Assembly (NCBI GenBank): GCA_046563655.1
Contig: CM102284.1
Coordinates: 1,860,001-1,924,000, forward strand
Origin: Yuukianura sp. NJ FZ-2021
Lineage: Eukaryota
DNA: 64,000 nt
Direction: 5' to 3'
The translations under genes and the position numbers were made by a program. The notes beneath the pieces are model-generated. The model saw only the letters and a list, made by a program, of their open reading frames with translations, ran no database searches and was not told where the DNA came from. Shown here in pieces: positions 13,416 through 25,496 of the stretch (its first letter is position 1; each line of letters opens with the position of its first letter).

Positions 13416-14369
13416 TGTTAAAATTTGATCTCAAAGCTTCATATTTTCCAAAGGTGTTCCGTATGAATACGTGGTTACCATTTTGATAACTGAATGCTTG
13501 TGATTAGGTTGTATTCTACTTTTGCTAGATGTTTATTCAAAATGACCAAAAACAAGAAAGTGACTTTAATATGTTACATGGAAAAGCATTTCGGGTATTG
13601 CGGTTCTTTAAATTTTTTGTTGTCAAAATACTTTTATTTTTAAAGTTGACGTTGGTGTGCTCCTTTAAGCAAAAGTAAGCAAACATTTTCGTGTGTTATA
13701 CTTTGTGATATTGATTCTTACTTACTTTTTCATGGGTAAATTCCGAGGGTTATGTATTGTTTTTTCGCCTCAATGTAAAATTCAAAAATGTTCTTAAAAT
13801 GCAATTCATGTTCATGATAGAAATACCGCAAAATATCAACTAAATAATGCTCTATTTTATTGAACTCTTTTTAGAATTTTCAAATTCTCGTCCCTCCGGT
13901 GTCTTTAAAAATTAATGTTTTCTTCTTTTTTTTATGGCCTTTTTTTCTGTCAACTGTGACCTGACCGACGGAAAACAGCCTTTCATGAGAACAAAAAAAA
14001 TGTTTCATTTCCTTAAAATAATTTTTCGTGGGAATATTTTTTGAATTTGGTTTAGAATGGTTTGAAAATTTAAGCGAAATGCAAACATTGATTTAATTTA
14101 TTAATTTAATCTAAGGTCAAATTAGTCTTGAATGTCTTTTTCCATATAGTTCCGTAATTAATTAACTATAAATTCCAATGTTTAATCCCACTATGACCTA
14201 CTTTGTTAAGTAAAAATTTCGCAATTTTTTTGGTGGATGTTCAATGCTTGAATACTATTACTTAGTTTAGTACTTACTTACTAAAGTGTTACGGTCGAAG
14301 ATTGATCAAGACAATAAATTAGATATGCTCACAAGTTATTCGAAGAGTTATTTCGAAACTTTCTTGAAT

Positions 14370-16249
14370 TTATGCTAATTCGTCGTCCATACAAACTGGG
14401 AATCCGTTGATTTCAGCGCAGTGTTGCAGCGGAGCGCAGTCTTCGGCTGTAGAACAGACGCAGTAGTCTTGAAGTGCACAATGTGTAACACTAGGATCTC
14501 GGTCCTGCGCATCAGAAATCCCGAGCATGCGCCGTCCAAATGCATTTAAAAACAAACCTTCAGGGTCGTACGTATTCATGGCAGAAATGAACTGCAGGCG
14601 GTTTGGCGTCGTCGTGGAAATGACATCGGATGAGAAATAGTGCAGCCCGTTTTTGGACCAAGCCGGACGTCCGCCGTAATTCGTCACCTTAAAGAAATTT
14701 TGGACAATTTTTTTTTCAAAAGTTAAAAGAAAACTTGCGTATTTCGAAAGCGAAGAGTCTCACCATTTCTTGGAGAAGGGCTTGGTAAGTTCCAACAGCA
14801 TCACGTGAAGTATTAAACGGGTCTTTACGCATGGGCGTCACCAGTTCCACAGTGAACGATGCTCTCCCATATGAAATGGCCATTGTTGCCGGTGACTCCT
14901 TCGTAAACCTAATGTAAATTCCAACAAGAGGGAACGCTGCTGGGTGGAGGTCAATGACCTCACGCATCATTTTTATGACCCCAGTGAATTCGGCAAGGTC
15001 AAATGAAATTGCACTTTCTTCTTGGTACACCGACTCTTCTCCATTTTCCCATCCACATCTCACAAGTCCTCCACTGCTACACATATTCGTTTGTAATCGC
15101 CATGCGTAACCCGTAGCCGGATTCAACACTGTTTCACCGTTTTCGGTAAAAATTGGCGGTTTGCCTGTCACTTCAGTGTAGAGCGACTGTTCAGCTTGGT
15201 CAGCCAATCCCTCCAGCGCTTCCGTATTTCGCGTTTCTTGAAGAAGTTCAAAAGTGGCGCTTCCAGCGCTGATCAGCACAACATTCGTGTCTGGAATGAA
15301 GTTGGTGTAGGCTTGTCCTGGAGTGTCCACGGAGACATACACGCCTTTTCCGACGACAACGTGACTTGACTGTGGAAACCACCAGAGGTCGTAGATGTCA
15401 TAGTTCGCTGCTTCGGCTACAGCAGATCCATCAAAAATGATTGTATCCTCGGACAAAGTGTGTTCTTTGGTCATTTTGAAAAGCGGGACAGTTTGAAATG
15501 TCACGTCGACGATGATACCGAGCAGTCCCAAGTGAACACGGAACAGGTTAAGCTCCGGTCCAGAAATTTCGACAAGCGTGCCGTTGCCTATAATGACGTT
15601 CATACGTACCACTTGATCTGACATAGACGGATGATTCAGGGAAGACAAGTACGAACCGGTCGCAATCACTCCACCCATGGTAAGGCCACCTTTGACAAAA
15701 ACAAGCCAAATTTTCAAAGTTTTCTCAAGAATTCAATTTTTTTTAGATTCCAAAATTTCAGAAAAAAAAAGTGGAAGTACCAAAAGTTGGGACTGCAATG
15801 AGCGACAATCCGTTGGTTTCAAGAAACTCGAGAGCAGAGTACAACGTTTTTCCGGCACCGAATGTCACTGTACCGTCCGAATTGATTTGCGCATAATCAA
15901 AATTTTCCATTGAAATCGGAATTCCATCGGTACAGATCAAGTCAGTGAGGGAACCTAAACCGCCAACGGCTTTTACCGTTTGACCTTGACTGATTGCATC
16001 TTGAATGATTTGCTGTAGGGCTGGCAAATCGGCGGGAGTTTGAATTTCAGTTGCTGGATTGCAGTAAATCGTAGTCTGGTAAGATCTGTACTCTCCTAAT
16101 ACGACATTGTCAATGCTGAAAATGAATAGAGTGTAAAATATAGCATTAGTAAAAAAAATACAGTCGTTTTACCGTAAAACTCCAAGGAATACAAAGAAGG
16201 TGCTGAATGTTCTCCAATTTCTGTATTGAGAGTACGAAGTCATCTTCAT
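14370..16249 (-). CDS. L-gulonolactone oxidase-like FAD-linked oxidase (VAO/ALO family), plant-GulLO-like C-terminus (551 aa, 4 exons)
   Basis: Exons 16173-16249, 15781-16115, 14764-15689 and 14370-14687 join in frame. Motifs VKAVGG, GLTMGGVIATG, VHLGLLGIIVDVTFQ, DLWWFP, YIRF, GGRPAWSKN, YDPEGLF and CALQDYCVCSTAEDCAP. Hydrophobic N-terminal segment. Confidence 0.85.
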
Positions 16250-17682
16250 TGGTAAACATTGACCGCAAGTTGAAGTAAAAAAGAATCGCTTATAATACTG
16301 AACTAGCGTTTTAAATAAATGATGATTTCAGATTAAATCAGTACTCGATTCGTGGGATAAGCACTTACGATTTTGGAGAAATGCGCTAATAGTATTGAAA
16401 CATCCAGAAAATATTAGATTGTAGTGTTCTTTTTTTTCCCTTGAACGCAGTTAGGTTTCAGTAATCAATTTGCGAGTATTTTGAAAGAACTTTTATGATA
16501 AAACGGAATTATCAAAAACAAAATAATTCATCTAGTACATAACTTGCCAATGATGCCATCCATTTGATAATGATAAGTTTAAACTCTTTTAAGATTTATT
16601 TCCCAACGTATTAGAGAGTTATCCTGGTTTACTTTTAGTTAGTAGAAGTATTTTAATATCCTACTTAATTTTATTTTAAAATAAACCTTTATTTAAAATA
16701 TGAAAAAAGGAGATTCCAATTTAACTATGTTTTCAGTTTCTGTCTCAGTCAGTTGAAGAATAATGCTGTACCTCAGTTATCCTATTCAGCTTTTCAATTT
16801 AATGTAAAAGATATAAGAACTAGTGTAAGAATACAGTCGAGTTTCCCTTTTATTCCATTTGCCAAATACAAAACAAAATACAATTGAGAAGTACAAAACT
16901 CGCACCCGTACATGGGCGGTGAACTGGCAAAATGAAACGCCAAATGGCAAATTGGGGAATTGCCAATGACAATTTGACTTCAGACTCATGTAATTTTCTA
17001 ACCCCAGTGTAGTCCAATTGCAATTTGTTTTGTATTTGGCAAATGGAATAAAAGGGAAACTCGACTGTATCGTGTTCCTCATCTCTTATCTGCGTTTTTA
17101 GATGAAGAAGCGGGAAAAAATTGGAGGGTTTTTGTAGCAAAGTGGTTGAAAAACGGCACTATTAGCTCCTTTGTATTACGCAGTGCAAAACGGGTCCCAC
17201 CAAGTGAATTTATCTCACGATGTCATTATAATCTCTACCAGATACCAGATCAATGGCTGTGCTCTTTCGTACAAGAAAACTCTTGTTTGTTCTCAGTATT
17301 CTTTGCCCCCCCCCCTCCGCCGCACCTCACGGGCACCAAACGCTATCCACAAGGCAATAGGGCGATACTATCCCTTAGGTAGTGCCGGATGTATCATCTA
17401 ACCTAGCCTAGCCACCTATGTATGTGGTCGTGTAACGGTGTAACTACCAAAAATTATCAAATATGTTTTGTATTCATCCTTCACAACAACATAACATCGA
17501 ATTATAAATTAATAACCTACTGAGGTTACATTGAATGGTTCCAAGAGATGCAAAGATGCCTGCTTCCAACCAAATTGTTTACCTTTTCGAGGACTTTTAA
17601 TTTTTATCAGTAACGTCTGACATCAGTTAATTTAAGCGTTAAAGTTACAGATTCAGGGCCGCTTTGTTTGTTGTGACGTGCG

Positions 17683-18940
17683 ATGAGTGCCAGTGGTGAG
17701 GTGCAGGAGAAATGGAACTTGACCAAAGTTCATGAAATATCCAAGGACGATGTGAAACTCCGCAATTTTTTAGAGGCTAGGAATTTCCTGCCGAAGGAAC
17801 GTGCTTGTAACAAATGTGGACGGTTGATGATACAGTCGGTCACAGAGGGTTCTTGGAGATGTCGTGGGAAAATCGTTCGTCATAAACAGAAGGCGAAATA
17901 CTGCAGTTATAGTCAAAGTATATGGAAAGGAACGTTATTTTCCAAGACGAAGCTGTCCAAGCCGATGGTGCTCAAGTTGACGTACATGTTGGTCCGGAAT
18001 CATTTAAAGGACGACATTGATCACGAACTGATGGAGAATAACAAGCAACTTTCCTCTTCAACCATCACAAACTGGAGGAGACTTGTGAAAAAGGTTATGT
18101 TAATGTCGCTTTTCAACACTAAATGAAAGTATCAACCTAACGATGCCTAATAAAATCTTGTCTAATGCGAAATGTCTTATGTATTTCCCGTTACAGGTAA
18201 TGGAAGGTTGGGCAATAACATGTTCGGAGCGGATCGGAGGACCTGGAAAAGTTGTTCAGATTGAAGAATCACAGGTCGTAAACCGGAAATACATCAAGGA
18301 TTATCGTAAGAAACAACGTGTCGCCAATGCCGAGGATCAGTGGTTCTTTGGAGGAGTCGAACGTGATTCTGGCAAGGTATTTCTCGTGCCACTGGAGAAA
18401 AGGGATGCTAACACATGGATTTCCATCATAAAGGAGTGTGTTCTTCCCGGAACGATGATTGTTTCAGAGTGTTGGAACGCTTACCATAAACTGGGCCGTG
18501 AAGCGTAAGTAAAACAAAACGAACTTCATAAGAACCCACTAACTAATGAAAGATTGGTACAAAATTATTGCAGATATGAACATCTGACGTTGAATCATTC
18601 GGTAGAATTTGCTGAGCGTGGTACTAAGGATACTACAAAATCAACTGAGACTGCTCCGCACCATGACAAGAGGGTTATGCCAAACTATGACAAGGCAAAG
18701 GCAAATTATCCAGGTTACTTGGTACATTCCATGTTTTTGAATTGGTGCCAGGCAAACAGTGTTGATCCTTTCGAAAAGTTTTTGGACGAAGTCAGTCACA
18801 GGAATATGGACATCGTCCACGAAGAATTGAATGAAATTGACGATGAGGAGGTCGAGAAAGAAGATTTGACTGAGAGCTATGAAGTGGTGGAAGTGAAACC
18901 CGACGTAAAATTTCTCCTTGGTGGGACGTTCCTTGACTAA
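17683..18940 (+). CDS. Merlin / IS1595 (ISXO2)-like transposase-derived gene with degenerate DDE motifs (361 aa, 3 exons)
   Basis: Exons 17683-18093, 18197-18504 and 18574-18940 join in frame. Zn ribbon CNKC..WRC..C. Motifs IGGPGKVVQIEES, QWFFGGVER, RDANT...IIKECVLPGTMIVSECWNAY and YEHLTLNHS. AATAAA at about 19045. No TIRs seen. Confidence 0.85.
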
Positions 18941-19709
18941 AATTTAATTGTCTTCTGTACACGCGTTGAAAGACGTATTCATTACGTTTTTGTTTAGCAT
19001 ATAATAACTTTACGAAGAAGATTTTGTACTTTTTGTAAACAGAAAATAAATATTTTTTTATATTAATTCTCGTTAAGATTGTTTAACTTTTTTTTACTTG
19101 AACCTTTGCTCGAGTAGAAACAAAGAATCAACACGTTTACACAAAAGCGTTGTGCTAATAATGAGTTCAGTGTTAAAAAAATCCCCAAACGTTGTGTAGT
19201 ATCGGTTCACATAACATTGTACTACACTTATTAGTAGCTATTCAACCAAACAAAATTTCCGGTATTCCGGAGATTTACCAGTATCTCATCAAGAATTTTA
19301 CAAAATTCGCATTTGAGGGTCGTCGCACAATTCGCAAACATTTTACAATTGGAAAGAGAAATTGTGACTTCTGGCATAATGCGCCAGGGTAGTCAGAGTA
19401 TTAGTGCAGCCCCAAACGGGTTGTGTTTAGTACACTTTTCTAAAAAAAAATCACGTCACGGTAAAGATTTCATGAATACATTTCAATTTTTCCTTATTTA
19501 CTAAAATTCCAATTATTGAAACGCTGATAATTTCTTGTTATTAATTTACTATATAATACTGTTCTACGAAATTGCTGGAATCTAAGTGACAATTTTGGGT
19601 TTTCGATAAGTTTGTTGTTTACGTTGTTGTAAGTTGTCCAATATATTGAAATGAACCACCGAACTATGCAAATGCATTTTGATTTTTTAGATTGTTTGCA
19701 TAGTACGAC

Positions 19710-22700
19710 ATGGTGACTGCTGTTCTTCCGGAAGGTTACAAGTACCTTGTTGAGGAGGAAAAGTTTTCATCTACTACGAACTACGAATGTAGCCTCCGAA
19801 TTCGGGGAATGAAGACTGAAGAAGATGCCCGAGTAAGTTATCCGGTAATACCGGTACCGGTTGAATTAGTACTTGAGCTATGTTTGTTTTGTGCATTTTA
19901 CGTAACCGTTGCGTTTGTATATGCCCTGTGGAAACAACTTGTTACTAATTCCTCTTTTATACCCATTACGCCAAGTGAAACATGTTTTGTTTTGTTTTTT
20001 ACGCAGAAGTGGATAGAAAGCTTGAACGAGTGCAGCTTGGTAACCTGGAAAGTGCTGCGGACATATCCAAACAGCGGGAAAATAAACGTGTATAAAGGAG
20101 AATTCCGGTGTCAGCATCGTGTTCATGGAAAACGCAAGGATATCAAAAAGAGCAAGAACACCAATTGCCCGGCTCGACTTCGCGTATGTATTCGAAGGTG
20201 GGGAAGCAATGACAGCTTTTATTGTCATTTTGTAAATTAATTCCGCTTTTCTCGTTGTGTCGTTTTCAGGTATCTTAAATCTAGCAGTGCAAAGGCGCCA
20301 GGTAAGCCAGGAATCGTACCTACCTTGAACTCCCATTATAATAAGGGGACGACTACACCTGTTATCATTGATATATTTCAGATCCGTTGAACAAGTTGTG
20401 GCCTTGTATTGTTGAGTTAAAAAATACGCATAACCATGCAGTTGAATCAGCTGATTCACTTCAATATCGACCCGTCAATGATGCCACACGTAAGAAAATC
20501 TGTGACCTCTTCCAACTCGGACACTCTCCACAATCTATTACGGAGTCTCTGCGTCTCGACCTCCTCATTGACAGTCCAGACATGTATGAGGAACGGGAAA
20601 ACGATGCTTCGTACTGTCCCTTATCAGGATTTTGTTACCGCGAGTACATTCGGTCTTTTGGATACAGTTATCGGTATGAAATAACAAGTTTTGTGATACA
20701 AGTCGTGAAACCAGGATCTGATTTCCAGATTCTAGAAAAATTTTGTTTCCAGAGGGCGGCTGAGGAGTTCGTTACAAAGTGAACTCGAATCGCTTCTCGG
20801 ACCTTACATCAACGACAACGCTGGAGGTCGAGCCGTGATGTCTAGTGTTTCAGATCACCTCGTCGTGTGCATTTGTACTCCCATCATGCAAAATATTCAC
20901 TGCCATGTTCCTGAATCACGAAGTGTTGTCCACGTCCAAGTCTTTGGTCACCCGGATAAAAAGATAAGACTTTTTCTATTCTCAACATGGATTTCCATTG
21001 GAGAAGTTCCTCTTGGTGTAGTGCTGACTGATACCGAAGAACCCGAAGTTTTTGTAACCGGACTCCAGTTACTGAGAAGTATTCTTCCTTCCGGGTCGTT
21101 TTTTGGATCCAACTGGCCAGAAGTATTTGTTCTTCCAGACGACGATCCCAGAAGAAAGTTAGCAATGGAACAGGAGTTCCCATTTTCAATCATCCTTACA
21201 TCAAAAACTCATCAGCTGAGACGATTTCAAGATTTTTTAAATGAACCGCAAAATTCAATTCCTAAGGAATTTCATGCCGACTTGTTCAGAAAGTTTAAAG
21301 TGATGCTCAACTCACGGCCGGATGAATTGCTTACAAACTTTGAAAACGTAACGAACCATTCGGAACTCATCGAGAAGAAGTCGGGGCAACCCCAGCTTAG
21401 TGCATTCATGACTCAATTGTGGATGGACACCAATGGCTTTGCACATGTTGACAGACCTGGCATATTTTTAAATCCGCCCAGTGAATGTGCAGCTCCTGAA
21501 GGTGCCCAGATTCTCTCCCGCCTAATTTTGAATGAACTTTTTGACCGAGTCAAGTCCTTCAACCTTGTGCAACTTTCACATTTTATTATCCAAAATTTCG
21601 AAGAATTTTTGCGAAAACGTCTGAAAATGCCGTCATATACTGAATCCATGTTAAAAATCATCTTACCCAGCAAGGGCTCCACCAATTTATACAAAGTCAA
21701 GAAACTTGAAGACGGATTCTTTGAGGTTCCGGGTGACGACGGACCTGCTTTTGCCGACATGGATCTTCTACGCTGTTCATGTCAAAGGTCACGGTGTGCC
21801 CATTTGTCTGCGGTGATTCACAAATTCTATTCCACCAACATTCCATATCCGGTTCATCTCCAAGAACTTTACATTGACCTTGCTGGAGGAGACAGAAGTA
21901 GTATCATCAAAAGCAGTGGAAAAAGAAAACCGGTTACGCCAGTACTTCTTCCCAAACTTAAAAAGAACAAACTCACAACAGGTCAGTGTAAACTGTTGAG
22001 TTGATTCTAAAAAATGCATTTGTTTCATGTGGGTGAGGGTTGAGGGAGAATTTCGAATTTCGCAATTGTAAAATTTTGAATTTTGCAATTGCCAAGAATT
22101 TCGCAACTGCAATTTCGCCAATCCCATATTCCGAATCCCGGAAGAATTTCTTTTCTCTGCACTTTCACGTTTTTCGAACATTAATTTTTTTTTCTTTGCT
22201 ATTTCAGAACCAATTATCAAAGTTGAAAATGATCAGCAAGAATTTAATGAAGAAGGACAGGGGCTGATTGCAGAAATTTCCGATTGGTTACGACTTCAAG
22301 TTTCGAAGAATCCGAAGCGGTTTTTACCAGCACTCAAAGCCATGGCTCGGAAAGTCGAGTCAATGGATTCTGAAGCTGAAGCAGCAGCGGCCGTAGCAGC
22401 ATTCGGTTCATTCCCAAAGCCAATCCAAATCCGAAATACTCAAAACACAACGCCCGTTGTCAAGGATCCACTTCGACTTCAACAGACGCTGATTACGACT
22501 TCGCAAGTACTGGAACTTGAACAAGAAGATGTTGGATTCATACCGACACTGGACCAGCGTGGAGACGACCTGTTGGCGGGAATTTCAAACACTGCGACTT
22601 ACATACCACTCCAAGAAGTTCCTGGAGAAGATGGAAATCCTTCGTACTTTATACTCGTTTCAGAAGGAGATGAAACCATGAAGGGGCTGTTTGGCGGCGC

Positions 22701-22863
22701 AGGCGTAGTGGAGGAAGTCGTTCCGGTCATCTCTGCTGTCCAAAATTTCAAACCAGCTTCTCTTCCAATTTCAGTCGTAACGAAGCAAAAATCGATCATA
22801 AAAGCCTCAACTACTAAAAAGCAGCAGCAGGAACAGGAACAAGTTGTTAGGCTGTTGGCATAA
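19710..22863 (+). CDS. MULE/Mutator-like transposase-derived gene with SWIM zinc finger (6 coding exons)
   Basis: Exons 19710-19832, 20007-20197, 20270-20300/1, 20382-20673, 20753-21981 and 22208-22863 join in frame. FRCQH...KNTNCPARL...HNH (WRKY/GCM1-like DNA-binding domain), VPLGVVLT, PEVFVLPDD, FDRVKSFNLVQL, SWIM-like CSC...CAH. Probable 3'UTR intron at about 22876-22942. Confidence 0.8.
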
Positions 22864-23380
22864 ATAACCTAAAAGGTAAGTTGTAAGTTAACTATTCTAA
22901 CAATTTTAAATGCCAAGTTTTGAATTACTTCTGTTTTTCTAGATTGTGATTGAGAAGCTCCGAGTGACGACGTGACTCGTAGTACATGAGTGACATCAAA
23001 TACGTGACTACGCATGTCCGAATAAAAAATGGACTTTGATGACACAAAATCAACTGCCTAATCTGACTCATTTTGAGTTGATTATTGATGACAGGGAAAT
23101 GAAAATTGTAAACCCAGAGGGAAAGGTGGAGGAGGCGTGGTTACCTCCCTTACCAGGTTAAGAGGTTACGCTTCATTTGAATAACGCGGAAGATGCTTCC
23201 ACATCCACGCTTTATTTTGTTTCCTCTTTGTCTCAACTTGCCCCATCAACACAAAAGTTACGTAACTTTACGGGCTTTGGGCTTTGTTCTTTAAGATTGG
23301 AGAAACACATAAGTTATGGTGGTGTTATGGCTTATGGTAGACCGGTTTGTAAATTGGTTAGGTTAGGATGGACGAAGGCT

Positions 23381-23388
23381 TATAAAAA
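23381..23388 (+). promoter_or_regulatory. TATA box of the GWQ-repeat gene
   Basis: TATAAAAA about 130 bp upstream of the ATG at 23513. Confidence 0.55.
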
Positions 23389-23512
23389 GACTTGACAAGA
23401 TCCACTAATTACAACATTCGTTTTTTGTGAGTCTGCGATTAACTACAAAGGAAGTTTTTTTGTGAATCAAAAGTTTAGTTTGACTCAAAAAGTTATTTTT
23501 TTGTGACTCAAA

Positions 23513-24487
23513 ATGAATATTATTCTGTATGGAGCTCTGCTACTCCTCAGCGTCGTCTTAGCCTTGTCACTTGCAGGTAAATTTCTACTTTTTCAAAAGC
23601 CAAGAACAAAATTTTAGAAAAATTTTGAACCTGAAATGTTGGTAACTGCAAATTATTGAAAGAAAATTTTTTAATAAAGTTGTGTTTGAAAAAAATTAAC
23701 AAATATTTGTTGTGATTGTTAAACTGTCAGCGTGTAAGCACCTTTTCGTGGTTGTAAAAAAAACCAAACAAGTTTACAACTATTAAAATCACTTACTTTT
23801 CCACTTAACAAACATTGCCGTGCGGTAGGTAACAAGTTGAAGCAAAACGGCGAACGCAGTGTTGTAATTTTCTGGTTAGGTGAATCGTTACCTACTAATT
23901 TTCTATGCATAAGCATTTCATTTCGTCTTTTCCAAAAATTTTCAAAATTTCGTATTTTATTCTAAATATGGTTTGTTTTTCAGAAGAAAGAGCCCAATTC
24001 GTACCGGAATCCCAATACGATGGAGCCGTAGTCGATCCATCTACTGGAAAACGAACGAAGCGATACGCATCTCTCGCTTTTCTTACGGGAGTAGCAGGTG
24101 AGCAAACACAATTTTCCAAAAAAGTTTCAAAATTTTGAAATTTTTGTTGTTTAGTTATATAAAATACTGCTTATACAAATATTAATGGTTTACATTTTAT
24201 CATGTAAAGCTGGTGGCATCTTTGGACCAATTTTGTACAACCGACTGTACGGATGGGGCCGTAGCCGCGGAGGGCCCAGGATCGTCTTCTACAAAGGCTG
24301 GCGACCAGCTCAATCCGGATGGCAACAGGAAAGTTCTGGATGGCAACAAGAAAGCTCTGGAGGATGGCAAGAGGAAGAACAGTCGCAAGGATGGCAACCA
24401 GAACAATCATCCCAAGGATGGCAACCAGTTGAGCGGCCAAGCCAGGGGTCGGGGTGGCAAAGCGGACAAAGTGGTAACCGATGGTAA
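23513..24487 (+). CDS. Secreted preproprotein with furin site and GWQ repeats (151 aa, 3 exons), cuticle/structural-like
   Basis: Exons 23513-23576, 23984-24097 and 24210-24487 join in frame. Signal peptide MNIILYGALLLLSVVLALSLA, then RTKR, a hydrophobic segment, and six GWQ repeats. Confidence 0.85.
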
Positions 24488-25496
24488 CGGCACGTTGCCA
24501 TGTCACCACACCTAGTCACGCTCAAAATCCCATTTAAATAGTTCAATTTATAAGGAGTTTAATTAACAATTTAATTAACCAGACTAAATTTAAGTGACTT
24601 GAATTTTAAACAAAATAGTTTCAGTTTAGTCACACTTCCGCCCATCACACCTCTTCCTCTCTTCTGTAAAAGTACAATGTTAAGATGAGCTTTTACATTT
24701 ACGTAAATTCCGTAAATATCGTAAATACGTAAATACCATTCATCTTAAATCACCTAACCTTAACTTTTCCTGTCAAAACTTGCTTTGCAAGAAACAATAA
24801 AAGTCGTCATAAAGTATAGCCGAAGAGCGTTTCCTCAAAAATGTGTGTTTCCAATTTTCAAAAAATGGATGTTTTGATTCGTTTTGTGCCAAAAACTGCA
24901 CAAATCAAGTTAAAATGATTTCATGCCAAGTTGAATTTGGCATCAATCAACATCGCAAATTGCGCGTAAATGCCTAAAAGTGAATGTTCAATTCAGCAGA
25001 CAGACGCAAAGAATGCGAAAATGAGGAGAGCAGTGAAAGTGGTTTGACGGGATTTAAAATTTTTAAGGAGTGTGTGTAGGAGTGCCACTTAAGCAGTTTC
25101 GCAATCCGTATCGGAAACTTACGCATTATTTAGTTTTAATTTTTTGGTAAATCATCTTATGCCTCAAAGCCTCTTAATTACTCCTTTCCTTCCGTCAGAG
25201 AAACATTCATCAATTTATGAGTAACTTCTCTCAAAAACTTTCTCTAGCATCAGTCAATCCAATTTATAACAAAAATTGAGAATTTAGGCCGAGAGGCTCT
25301 TCCACAAAAAAAAAAAAAAAAAAGTTTGAAGTTGCCAATCCCATACTTTACTATGAAACATTCGTTTTCGAATTTTCAAATTCTGAAGTTGATGCAGCAT
25401 TTTTCGAATCCCGTATTATGATGTTAGTACACCGGTTTTGAAGTTTTCGATTTTGGTGAATATCTGACAAGGAAGGTGACAAGGAAATCAAAACTT

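Noticed and set aside
14948-14960. Perfect AGGTCAaTGACCT palindrome
   Set aside because: It lies in coding sequence (EVIDL) as a single copy and is likely to be chance.
17683-18940. Bacterial IS1595 insertion or contamination; three ORFs as a frameshifted pseudogene
   Set aside because: The three ORFs join through canonical GT-AG introns into one frame.
23356-23368. TTAGG telomere-like repeats (similar short runs at about 17400 and 24750)
   Set aside because: Only 2-3 imperfect units, too short to call interstitial telomeric sequence.
24290-24487. GW repeats as Argonaute hooks (GW182-like)
   Set aside because: The protein has a clear signal peptide and furin site, so it would not meet cytosolic Argonaute.
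24171-24546. Overlapping alternative-frame and antisense ORFs (including the Cys-rich CCHP ORF)
   Set aside because: These are shadows of the repetitive GWQ exon. Only the GWQ frame splices to the signal-peptide exon.
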